Origin: Dehalococcoidia bacterium
GTDB lineage: Bacteria > Chloroflexota > Dehalococcoidia > Bin125
Reading direction: 5' to 3'
Assembly (NCBI GenBank): GCA_965221705.1
Contig: OZ244908.1
Span: 2,166,354-2,230,353, forward strand
Length of the DNA: 64,000 bases
Part shown: positions 8,515 to 16,503 of the stretch, one piece after another
Position numbering within the stretch: position 1 is the first letter of the stretch
Layout of the letters: the number at the start of each line of letters is the position of its first letter
The notes under the pieces: model-generated
Database searches by the model: none
Told to the model about the DNA's origin: nothing
The model's input: the letters and a program-made list of their open reading frames with translations, nothing else
Position numbers and translations under genes: made by a program

Positions 8515-9396
8515 ATGACCGACTTTGAGAACATCATCTACCGCGTCGAAGACCGCAAGGGATACATCACGCTCAACCGCCCCGAGAAACTCAACGCGCT
8601 CTCCATCGCGCTGCAAGACGAACTCTCGCAGGCGATGTGGGAGGCCGATAACGACACTGCAGTGCACGTCGTGATCCTCAGCGGCGCCGGGCGCGCCTTC
8701 TCGGCCGGCTACGATCTGACCGGCTCCACGCGCGATTCGCAGGAGACGTACGACAAGGTCTACCGCGGCCGCGTCACCTTCGACGACGACACCTGGGGCA
8801 TGGAACGCGCCCAACGCGCGCGCATGGCGATCTTCGACATGCACAAGCCCGTGATCGGCAAGGTGCACGGCTACTGCCTCGCCGGCGGCACCGACCTCGT
8901 CCTGCTCTCCGACATCATCATCGCCGCCGACGATGCCGTGATCGGCTTCCCGCCCGTTCGCGCGATGGGTTCGCCGCCGGCTCACATGTGGCTCTATCAC
9001 GGCGGACCGCAGTTCGCCAAGCGGATGCTGCTCACCGGCGACAGCATCTCCGGCGCCGAAGCGGCCAAACGCGGCCTCGTCTACGACGCCGTGCCCGCCG
9101 ATCAACTCAACGACACAGTGGAAGAGCTCGCCGACAAAATGGCGATGATCGACCACGAGCTGCTCTCTGCCAACAAGCGCATCGTTAATCTCGGCCTCGA
9201 AATCATGGGCGCGCGAACGCTGCAGCGTCTGGCGTCCGAGAATGACGCACGAGCGCACCTCGCGCCGGCAGTCATGGAGTTCGGCAAGATGTCGCGCGAG
9301 AAGGGACTCAAGGCCGCGCTCGAGTGGCGCGACAACAAGTTCGGCGACGGCCGCGGTTCCGCCGCCGCTCAGGAACGTAAGGCCGCCACGACCTAA
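8515..9396 (+). CDS. enoyl-CoA hydratase/isomerase (crotonase) family protein
   Basis: 294 aa; YITLNRPEKLNAL ... ILSGAGRAFSAGYDL oxyanion-hole motifs. Confidence 0.85.
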   Translation: MTDFENIIYRVEDRKGYITLNRPEKLNALSIALQDELSQAMWEADNDTAVHVVILSGAGRAFSAGYDLTGSTRDSQETYDKVYRGRVTFDDDTWGMERAQRARMAIFDMHKPVIGKVHGYCLAGGTDLVLLSDIIIAADDAVIGFPPVRAMGSPPAHMWLYHGGPQFAKRMLLTGDSISGAEAAKRGLVYDAVPADQLNDTVEELADKMAMIDHELLSANKRIVNLGLEIMGARTLQRLASENDARAHLAPAVMEFGKMSREKGLKAALEWRDNKFGDGRGSAAAQERKAATT

Positions 9397-9432
9397 CACG
9401 ACCTAACAAGCAGGCAAACGACGACCTCGCTG

Positions 9433-10239
9433 ATGGCGACTCCCGACCGCTTCCGTCTCGATGGACAGGTCGTCCTGCTCACCGGGGCGGGACGCGGTCT
9501 CGGTCGCGCCATGGCCATCTCATTCGCCGATGCCGGCGCCAAAGTCGCCGGCGCAGCGCGCACGATGTCTCAGCTCGACGAGACCACTGAACTGGTCGCC
9601 GAGCGCGGTGGTGAAGCGATCTCGATTCAGACAGACGTCAGTGACTCCAACGCGGTCGACGCCATGGTCGAGCACACGCTCGAACGGTTTGGCCGCGTCG
9701 ATGTGCTGATCAACAACGCCGGCGGCGGAGCAGAAGGCGATGGCGCCCCGCTCGACCAGCTGACCGACGACCAGTGGCGCTCTGGCATCGACCTCAATCT
9801 GACCTCGCAGATGCTCTGCGCTCGCGCAGTGCTGCCGCACATGACCGATCGCGGCTCGGGCGTGATCATCAACGTCGCGAGCGGCTTCGGATTGCGCGGC
9901 GGGCGGGAAAACTGGATGTATGTCTCAGCCAAGGCGGGCGTGGTCAACTTCACCCGCTCCCTGGCAGTCACCTACGGACCCGCCGGCGTCCGCACCAACT
10001 GCATCGCGCCAGGCATCTTTCCCCATACGCCTCAAGCGCTTGAGCGCTGGCGCGGCGGCCGATACATCCCCGTCGGACGCGCCGGCCTGGCTTGGGAGAT
10101 GGGACCGCTGGCCGTCTTCCTCGCCTCCGACGCCGCAGCCGGCATCAGCGGCGAGACGATCGCTCAGGACGGCGGCGGACTCGCCGCGATCGGTCCAACC
10201 GGTTGGGCGCCGCGCGTTCGTCTCACCGAGCCGACCTAG
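9433..10239 (+). CDS. SDR family oxidoreductase (classical), paralog of 5465-6289
   Basis: 268 aa; VLLTGAGRGLGRAMA, NNAGGG, MYVSAKAG. Confidence 0.85.
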   Translation: MATPDRFRLDGQVVLLTGAGRGLGRAMAISFADAGAKVAGAARTMSQLDETTELVAERGGEAISIQTDVSDSNAVDAMVEHTLERFGRVDVLINNAGGGAEGDGAPLDQLTDDQWRSGIDLNLTSQMLCARAVLPHMTDRGSGVIINVASGFGLRGGRENWMYVSAKAGVVNFTRSLAVTYGPAGVRTNCIAPGIFPHTPQALERWRGGRYIPVGRAGLAWEMGPLAVFLASDAAAGISGETIAQDGGGLAAIGPTGWAPRVRLTEPT

Positions 10240-10249
10240 GGAACGACCA

Positions 10250-11056
10250 GTGTCCGACTTCGTACCGTCGCCCAACCCAGAGCCGTCCGATGATCCCTTC
10301 CAGCTCAAGGGCCGCGTCGCGCTCGTCGTTGGCGCGGGCGACCCGCTGGGACGCGCCTCAGCTGTCGCGCTGGCCGAGGCCGGCGCTGATGTCGCCGTGG
10401 CTAGCCTGCGAGCCGGACCGCAAGAGGTCGTGCGCGTCAACTCAGTCGCGAACGAAATCTGGTCTCTGGGACGAGGCAACACGGCGATCACCCTTGACGC
10501 CAGCGACGAACGCAGCGTCGATGCCGCCATCGCTCGGACGACCTCGGAGCTGGAACGACTCGACATCCTCGTCAATGCCGCCGACGTGCCAGCAGCTGCG
10601 CCGCTTGATGAGTTGTCGCCCGACGATTGGCAGGCGATCCTCTCCGTCAACTTGATCGCCCCGGCGCTCACCGCCCGCGCCGCCGCCCGGGTAATGCGCA
10701 TCAACGGCTACGGACGAGTCATCAACCTCGTATCTGTGCTCGCCGCCCGTGGCGTGGCGAACACGACGGCGTACGCCGCCGCTCACGCTGGCGTCCTGGC
10801 AATGACGCGCGCGCTCTCCCAGGAATGGGCGCGCGCCGGCGTCACGGTGAACGCGCTGCAAGTGGGCTTCTATGACGGGCAACCTGGCTTCGGCGACGAC
10901 CCCGAGTCAGCCCAACAACTCGCGCGCATGCTGCCCGCCAAAGCGCTGGTCAACCCCGTTGACGTTGGCGCGGCTGTCGTCGGACTGGCGGCCGATTCCG
11001 GCTTCATCACCGGCGAGACCATCGCCGTCGACGGCGCCGCCACCGCTCGCGTCTGA
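10250..11056 (+). CDS. SDR-like protein, atypical (catalytic Lys replaced: AYAAAHAG), paralog of 6286-7080
   Basis: GTG start 10 bp after upstream SDR; 268 aa; RVALVVGAGDPLGRASA, NALQVG. Confidence 0.7.
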   Translation: MSDFVPSPNPEPSDDPFQLKGRVALVVGAGDPLGRASAVALAEAGADVAVASLRAGPQEVVRVNSVANEIWSLGRGNTAITLDASDERSVDAAIARTTSELERLDILVNAADVPAAAPLDELSPDDWQAILSVNLIAPALTARAAARVMRINGYGRVINLVSVLAARGVANTTAYAAAHAGVLAMTRALSQEWARAGVTVNALQVGFYDGQPGFGDDPESAQQLARMLPAKALVNPVDVGAAVVGLAADSGFITGETIAVDGAATARV

Positions 11057-11061
11057 AGCCG

Positions 11062-12042
11062 TCAGGCCAGGAGCGACTCCGTCACAGCCTCGATCCGCGC
11101 GCGCTGCGGAATGCGCTCAAGCCATCGCAGCGGAATCATCGACGCACCGTACCGCGCCCCCAACACGGTGCCGGCCACTGCCCCGTTCGTGTCAGTGTCG
11201 CCGCCCGCACTGACAATCCGAATCAGCGACTCTTCGAAATTGTCTGGACTGTCCAGGCACCACAGTGCCGCCTGGGCGCAGAGATACGTATGACCGCTGA
11301 CTCGTTCCTCAGCGATTCGATCCTCGATCTGTCTCGGAACTGCCAGCATCCAGGCGACCAGCTCAGCAGGGGCGCCGTCGCTGGCGGCGGCGAAGCTGAG
11401 TTCCTCGCGCTCGGGCGAGGCCCCGCGCAACAGCATGGCGAGCGCGACGTTGACCACAATGCACGACCACTGCGCGCCAGGCGCGTAATGAGTCACGGAG
11501 CAGCTCGCCGCCGACTGCGCAATCAGCGCGCCAGGGTCGTGCGCGAACCTGAGCGCCACCGCAGCGCAGCGCATCAGCGCGCCGTTTGGTTGCGTCAGCG
11601 GACAGCCATGTTCGCGCCAAAACGCGCGCGCCGCATCGGGTACCCCCAAGCCGACCTCGAGGTAATCGATTACGCGTGACGTCATCACGCCAACGCCGCG
11701 GCCATTCGAGCTGCGCCACTCGACCAACCGCCGTGCGAATCCCTCGATTGGGCCAGGATCCACGGCGTATGCCTCGGCCAGCTCGATTGCCTGAGCTAGA
11801 TCGTCATCCATCGGCCGTTCAGACTCCCGTGGATCGATCTCGCGCACGCCATTGGGATAGCGGCCTCGGATCGCGTCGCGCGTCTGACCCTCGACTGGCA
11901 GTCCGAGCAGATTGCCAACCGCCAATCCCAGCAGGACGCCTCGCGCTCGATCATGGTCGACTGGCGCGTCCGCCAGATCGCCCAGCATTCGCGCCAGCCG
12001 CGGCGCGCGCCGCACGACCCCAGGATCGTCACTGTCAGGCAT
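11062..12042 (-). CDS. ADP-ribosylglycohydrolase family protein
   Basis: 326 aa; GVLLGLAVGNLLGLPVEG N-terminal motif and GGDTDTNGAVAG metal-binding motif. Confidence 0.8.
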   Translation of the reverse strand: MPDSDDPGVVRRAPRLARMLGDLADAPVDHDRARGVLLGLAVGNLLGLPVEGQTRDAIRGRYPNGVREIDPRESERPMDDDLAQAIELAEAYAVDPGPIEGFARRLVEWRSSNGRGVGVMTSRVIDYLEVGLGVPDAARAFWREHGCPLTQPNGALMRCAAVALRFAHDPGALIAQSAASCSVTHYAPGAQWSCIVVNVALAMLLRGASPEREELSFAAASDGAPAELVAWMLAVPRQIEDRIAEERVSGHTYLCAQAALWCLDSPDNFEESLIRIVSAGGDTDTNGAVAGTVLGARYGASMIPLRWLERIPQRARIEAVTESLLA

Positions 12043-12117
12043 CGTCGCTCAATCGTATGCGGCGCTGACAGACAGCTACGCTGTTCGATGGACCGCACCA
12101 CTGAGGAGAGCCCGACG

Positions 12118-13548
12118 ATGAGCCTGCCCAATGACGCCTGGGGACTGCCACTGACTACCTCTGAGGAGGCCGCAGCCGCATACCGGCAAGGCGTCGACCG
12201 CATGCTGTCCTACGCCCTCGGCGTCGACGACGCGCTCCAGCGGGCCATCGACCTGGACCCAGACTTCGCCCTGGCGCACTCGCAGCTCGGACTCTTCCAC
12301 CTCTTTCGCGGCGAAGGACAGCGCGCCGCCGAACTCGCCAATCGCGCCCATGCGCTCGCCGAGCGGGCGACTCCGCGCGAGCAGCGTCACGCCGCCATCC
12401 TCGGCGCCAGCGCTCGAGGGCGCGCCGCTGACGCGCCCGCATTGATCGATGATCATCTCGCCGAAACACCGCGCGACGCTCCAATCGTGTTGCAGTGGCT
12501 GGGCGGCAACTTCTACGGCGGCGGCGTCGAAAAGCGCGAGCGCATGCTCGAGCAGTTCGACCGACTCGCCCCCGCGTTCGGCGACGACTGGTGGTTCCTC
12601 AGCTGGCACGCCTTCGCCAATCACGAGATGGATGAGCTCGATACCGCTCGACGTCTGGTCGAACGATCGCTCGAACTGCGCCGCCAGAACGGACAGGCTG
12701 CTCACGCCATGTCGCACGTTTTCTTCGAAGAGCACGACATTGGCGGCGGCGTGGAGTTCCTGGGCGAATGGCTCGCCGACTTCCCTGAACGAGCCGGTTT
12801 CTTCCGCCATCTGACCTGGCATCAAGCGCTGTTTCTGCTCGCGCAGGGACGCCGCGCCGACGCCCTCGAGCTGCACGACGATGCGATCCGACCCGGCGCC
12901 GACGTCCAGGGCGACGCGCTCGGCGCAGTCGCCGACGCGGCCTCGCTGCTCTGGCGCTGTCGGCTACACGACACCGTCGGCGGTGAGTCCGCCGCACAGG
13001 CCGACTGGCAGACGATCGCTGAACTGGCTGCCTCGGCCTTTCCGAAACCCGGCACGGTCTGGGTCGACGTGCACCGTGCCATGGCGCTCGCCGCGCTCGG
13101 AGACGAGATCGGCCTCGGCCAGCTGATCGACGGTCTCCGCGAAGCGGCTGAGCGTGGACACCCCACCGCCGGCGACGTCGTCACGCCCGTCGTCGAGGCG
13201 CTCTCAGCGTTCGGCCAGGGCGACTACGAGGCCGCCGCCGAAAGACTCAGTTCCGTCCGAGATCTACTCGTCACGCTAGGCGGTTCCAACGCCCAACGAG
13301 ACGTCTTCGAAGAGACCCTGGTCGAGGCCCGTCTGCGCGCCGGTCAGACCGAACAGGCGCTGGAACTCTTGCGCGAACGCCTTGACCGCGGCGCGACAGC
13401 GCGTGATCTCTTCCGCCTCGGACGCGCTCAGACCGCCAAAGGCGATATGCAGGAGGCGAAATCAGCGCTTCGACGCGCGGCCGAACTCTGGGCCGACGGC
13501 GACCACGAGGCTCCCGAATGGCGGGCGCTGCGCGAGGCCGCCGCATGA
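12118..13548 (+). CDS. tetratricopeptide repeat (TPR) protein
   Basis: 476 aa; repeated Ala/Leu-rich 34-residue helical repeats (AIDLDPDFALAHSQLGLFHLF...); start chosen at ATG 12118. Confidence 0.65.
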   Translation: MSLPNDAWGLPLTTSEEAAAAYRQGVDRMLSYALGVDDALQRAIDLDPDFALAHSQLGLFHLFRGEGQRAAELANRAHALAERATPREQRHAAILGASARGRAADAPALIDDHLAETPRDAPIVLQWLGGNFYGGGVEKRERMLEQFDRLAPAFGDDWWFLSWHAFANHEMDELDTARRLVERSLELRRQNGQAAHAMSHVFFEEHDIGGGVEFLGEWLADFPERAGFFRHLTWHQALFLLAQGRRADALELHDDAIRPGADVQGDALGAVADAASLLWRCRLHDTVGGESAAQADWQTIAELAASAFPKPGTVWVDVHRAMALAALGDEIGLGQLIDGLREAAERGHPTAGDVVTPVVEALSAFGQGDYEAAAERLSSVRDLLVTLGGSNAQRDVFEETLVEARLRAGQTEQALELLRERLDRGATARDLFRLGRAQTAKGDMQEAKSALRRAAELWADGDHEAPEWRALREAAA

Positions 13549-13889
13549 GTTCGCAACCCGCGCTGCCACGACCGGATGTCGTCGTCGAGGATGACGTCGA
13601 CGCCGAACGCGGCAGCGAGCTGGAGAAGCGATTCCACCTCTTCCTGCATGACTCCGATGACCACTCCTACGAGTACGTCATTGAGATGCTCGGCGCGGTC
13701 TTCGGCTACTCGAAAGAAAAGGCGTTTGCGATCGCCTCAATGATCGACGGTCACGGCCGCGGCATAGTCGAGACCGCCGACTACGAGACGGTCCGTGGTC
13801 ACCAGGATCAGATTCACGGTTGGGGCCCCGATCCACGCATCCCGCATTGCCGCGGCTCGCTGTCGGCCACGATTGAAGAAGCGCCCTAG
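13545..13889 (+). CDS. clpS: ATP-dependent Clp protease adaptor ClpS
   Basis: 114 aa; FHLFLHDSDDHSYEYVIEML...FGYSKEKAFAIASMIDGHGRGIV core; ATGA overlap with the upstream TPR gene stop. Confidence 0.8.
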   Translation: MSSQPALPRPDVVVEDDVDAERGSELEKRFHLFLHDSDDHSYEYVIEMLGAVFGYSKEKAFAIASMIDGHGRGIVETADYETVRGHQDQIHGWGPDPRIPHCRGSLSATIEEAP

Positions 13890-13952
13890 CGTCGGGCCGT
13901 CATCCTCTCGGGCCGGCGCCCAGCTGTCCGTTAGCATCGGCCCGGGAGGCAC

Positions 13953-15071
13953 GTGATGACGTTGCTAGAGCAGATCCGGCTGGCGCGCGAAGAGATTCAT
14001 GACTTCGGCTCAGGTTTGGACACCTTGAGCGAAGCCGACGCCAAACGCGAGTTCATCGACCCGATTCTGAATCAACTCGGCTGGAAGGGTCTCTCAAGAG
14101 TCCGCCAGGAGTACAAGGTCCGTTCCGGCGGACGTATGGACTACGCCCTGCTCGGCGCCAGCGGCAAGGCGATCGGTCTGATCGAAGCCAAAGCCCCGCG
14201 CGAAGATCCAACCCAACACGTCACCCAGCTGTTGGGCTACGCCTTCGAAGAAGGCGTTGACATCTGCGTTTTGACCAGCGGCATCAAGTGGCTGATGTAT
14301 CTCCCCCGCGAGAAGGGTCAGCCCGACGACCGTCTCTTCGCGCGTTTCGATCTCGCCAAGGACAACGGCGAAGCCGTCGCGTCGCTGCTCCAGCAATGTC
14401 TCGAGTATCGCAACGTGACCTCCGGCGCCGCCGAGCGCGCCGCCAAAGCCAGGCTGCAGAGCATCCGCGATGCCAGAGTGGTTCAGCAAGCGATCCCAAG
14501 AGCCGTACGGCGGCTGCTCTCAGGAACTGACGACAGCTTCAATCGACTCGTACAGCGCACCGTCCAACAGGAGGAAGGCGTCCGACCGACTCCAGATCAA
14601 GTGAGAGATTCGCTCAATCAGCTGTCGAGATTGTTGCCGTCGTCCGAGTCGGCCAATGCCGTCCAACCAGATCCTGTCCAGGCAGGCTCGCTCTCTGTTG
14701 AGAGTCCCCAAACGCCCCGCAAGGGCTTGAAGTTCGCACCGAGACCAGCGAGTTACTCATTGTGGAACCGTCGCTATGTGTTCAGAACGTGGAGCGCCAT
14801 GCTGGTCGATGTCGCCTCGGCTGTCCACTCACGGCACGAGCACGAGTTTCTGACACGTGTGTCAACTTCACCGCTCATGCAGGGACGAACGCGTGCGTAC
14901 GTCTCGACATCCGCCGAGCAGATACGCCGTGCCACGCGGATTCCAGGGACTACCTACTTCTTGGACGTCAATTGGAATGCAACCAACATGGAGCGTCGCG
15001 CTCGTGACATGCTGAGGGTCTTTGGATATGACCCCAACGAACTGACCATCGAGTACCCGACCTCTGATTGA
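13953..15071 (+). CDS. hypothetical protein with N-terminal type I restriction enzyme HsdR-N-like (PD-(D/E)xK nuclease fold) domain
   Basis: 372 aa; GRMDYALLGASGKAIGLIEAKAP resembles the HSDR_N D-x(n)-E-x-K core; C-terminal 250 aa not recognisable; lower GC than flanks. Confidence 0.5.
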   Translation: MMTLLEQIRLAREEIHDFGSGLDTLSEADAKREFIDPILNQLGWKGLSRVRQEYKVRSGGRMDYALLGASGKAIGLIEAKAPREDPTQHVTQLLGYAFEEGVDICVLTSGIKWLMYLPREKGQPDDRLFARFDLAKDNGEAVASLLQQCLEYRNVTSGAAERAAKARLQSIRDARVVQQAIPRAVRRLLSGTDDSFNRLVQRTVQQEEGVRPTPDQVRDSLNQLSRLLPSSESANAVQPDPVQAGSLSVESPQTPRKGLKFAPRPASYSLWNRRYVFRTWSAMLVDVASAVHSRHEHEFLTRVSTSPLMQGRTRAYVSTSAEQIRRATRIPGTTYFLDVNWNATNMERRARDMLRVFGYDPNELTIEYPTSD

Positions 15072-15087
15072 AGATCGGACAGCAATC

Positions 15088-16449
15088 ATGGTTCGACTCA
15101 GTGACCTCCACCACCAGGAAGCGCAGATGCTGCGCGCTATGGGTCACCAGCGCTTCGCCAGCTTCGACTCCGAGGCAACTCCTTGGCTGACGCCGCCGCC
15201 GCTCGCCGAGTCGACGGTCGCTCTCATTACCTCGGCCGGCCTGCATCGATCCGACGATCCGCCATTCCGCTTCGGCGATGGCGGCTATCGACTGATCCCC
15301 AACGACGTCGATCGCGCCGACATCACCCAATCGCACGTCAGCGTCAACTTCGACCGCACTCACTATCAGCGTGACATCAACGTCGTACTTCCATTGGATC
15401 GCCTCAGCGAGCTGGCCGAATCGGGAGTCGTCGGCGCAGTGTCGCCCTGGCACATCTCCGTGATGGGGGCCGATCCCAATCTGGCCAAACTCGAGGCGGC
15501 CGCCGCCGACATCGCCCGACAACTGCGAGCCTCCGGCGTCGACGCGGCCATGCTCGCTCCCGTTTGACCGGCCTGCACGGGCGTCGTCGGCGTCCTCTCG
15601 CACTACCTGCAACGGCACGGCATCCCCACGACAAGCATCAGCCTCGTGCGCGAACACAGCGAGCTGATCCGGCCGCCCCGCGCGCTCTGGGTACCATTCC
15701 CGCTCGGTCGACCGTTCGGCGCGGCCGAGCATCCAGACTTCCAGCGCGATGTCTTGCGCCACGCACTCGACCTGCTCGATTCGGCCCGCGAACCAACGCT
15801 CGTCGACTATCCCCGCGATGCGCCCGCCGGCGAGGGCGACGGCGTCTGGGCCTGCGCTATATCCCTGCCCGAGCCCGATGTCAGCGATCTCGAAGCGGCG
15901 CTGCGCTCCGAGGTCGATCTGCTGCGACCCTGGTACGAGGAGGCTCGACGCCGACGCGGGCGCACGACAGTCGGCATGAGCGGCGCGCGGCCCGACGATA
16001 TCGACACACTGGTCACGTTCATCGCCGCCTGCGCCGAAGGCGCAGGCCTCTCTGCCCCGCCGACCGCGGCGAGCGGACCTGCGTGGAGACATCCGATGCC
16101 AATCCTGCTCCGGTTCGTCGTCGAAGATCTGCGCGCCTTCTATCAGGAGGCGGTCACGTCGCGTCCGGGAGCATCCCCACCGACGCAGCACGAGATGCAC
16201 GGCTGGATCTTCGAAGAGACCGCGCTTGGGCGGGCGCTGCTGCAACTGGGTCAGCAGATCGCGGCAGTCAATGAGCCGGCCCTGATGCTGATCCGCGGCT
16301 TCATCATCCCCGAGGGCTTTTGGCCCGATGGTCCAACCTGGGGTACCGCCGGTCGGGCGTTATCGACGCCTGAAGCGCTGCAGCGCACGTTCCGCGTACT
16401 CTCCGGTCAGCTCGAACCAGCCAGCCCCGAGGCAAAAGCTCCTACCTGA
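15088..16449 (+). CDS. GrdB/PrdB-family (glycine/sarcosine/betaine/D-proline reductase selenoprotein B-like) protein with in-frame TGA at 15565-15567 interpreted as selenocysteine (U-P-A-C motif); about 453 aa with C-terminal extension
   Basis: ORFs 15088-15567 and 15646-16449 share one frame with a single TGA and no other stop. The N-terminal part resembles PrdB/GrdB (TVALITSAGLH ... DINVVLPLDRLSELAESGVVG ... GVDAAMLAPV-U-PACTG ... LQRHGIPTTSIS). Alternatives are a nonsense pseudogene or two separate genes. Confidence 0.6.
15579..15595 (+). other. candidate bacterial SECIS-like hairpin (cggcguc-GUC-ggcgucc, 7-bp stem incl. G-U pairs, GU in apical loop) beginning 12 nt downstream of the in-frame UGA
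   Basis: hand-folded from sequence; small and GC-rich, so weak on its own. Confidence 0.25.
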
Positions 16450-16503
16450 GCCGTTCGCGAACGAATCAACAGTCAGTCCGTGTGAAGCTGCGGAGGAACT
16501 GGC

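Noticed and set aside
8110-9399. 428-aa plus-strand ORF extension and 374-aa minus-strand ORF over the enoyl-CoA hydratase gene
   Set aside because: The crotonase motifs begin only at the ATG at 8515. The upstream extension overlaps the Fic 3' end in another frame. The minus ORF is a Gly/Arg/Ala-rich shadow.
14968-16245. 425-aa ORF on the minus strand spanning the selenoprotein locus
   Set aside because: Low-complexity R/G/D/A-rich translation with no recognisable domain. It is a typical antisense shadow ORF of GC-rich DNA. The plus-strand reading has clear family similarity.
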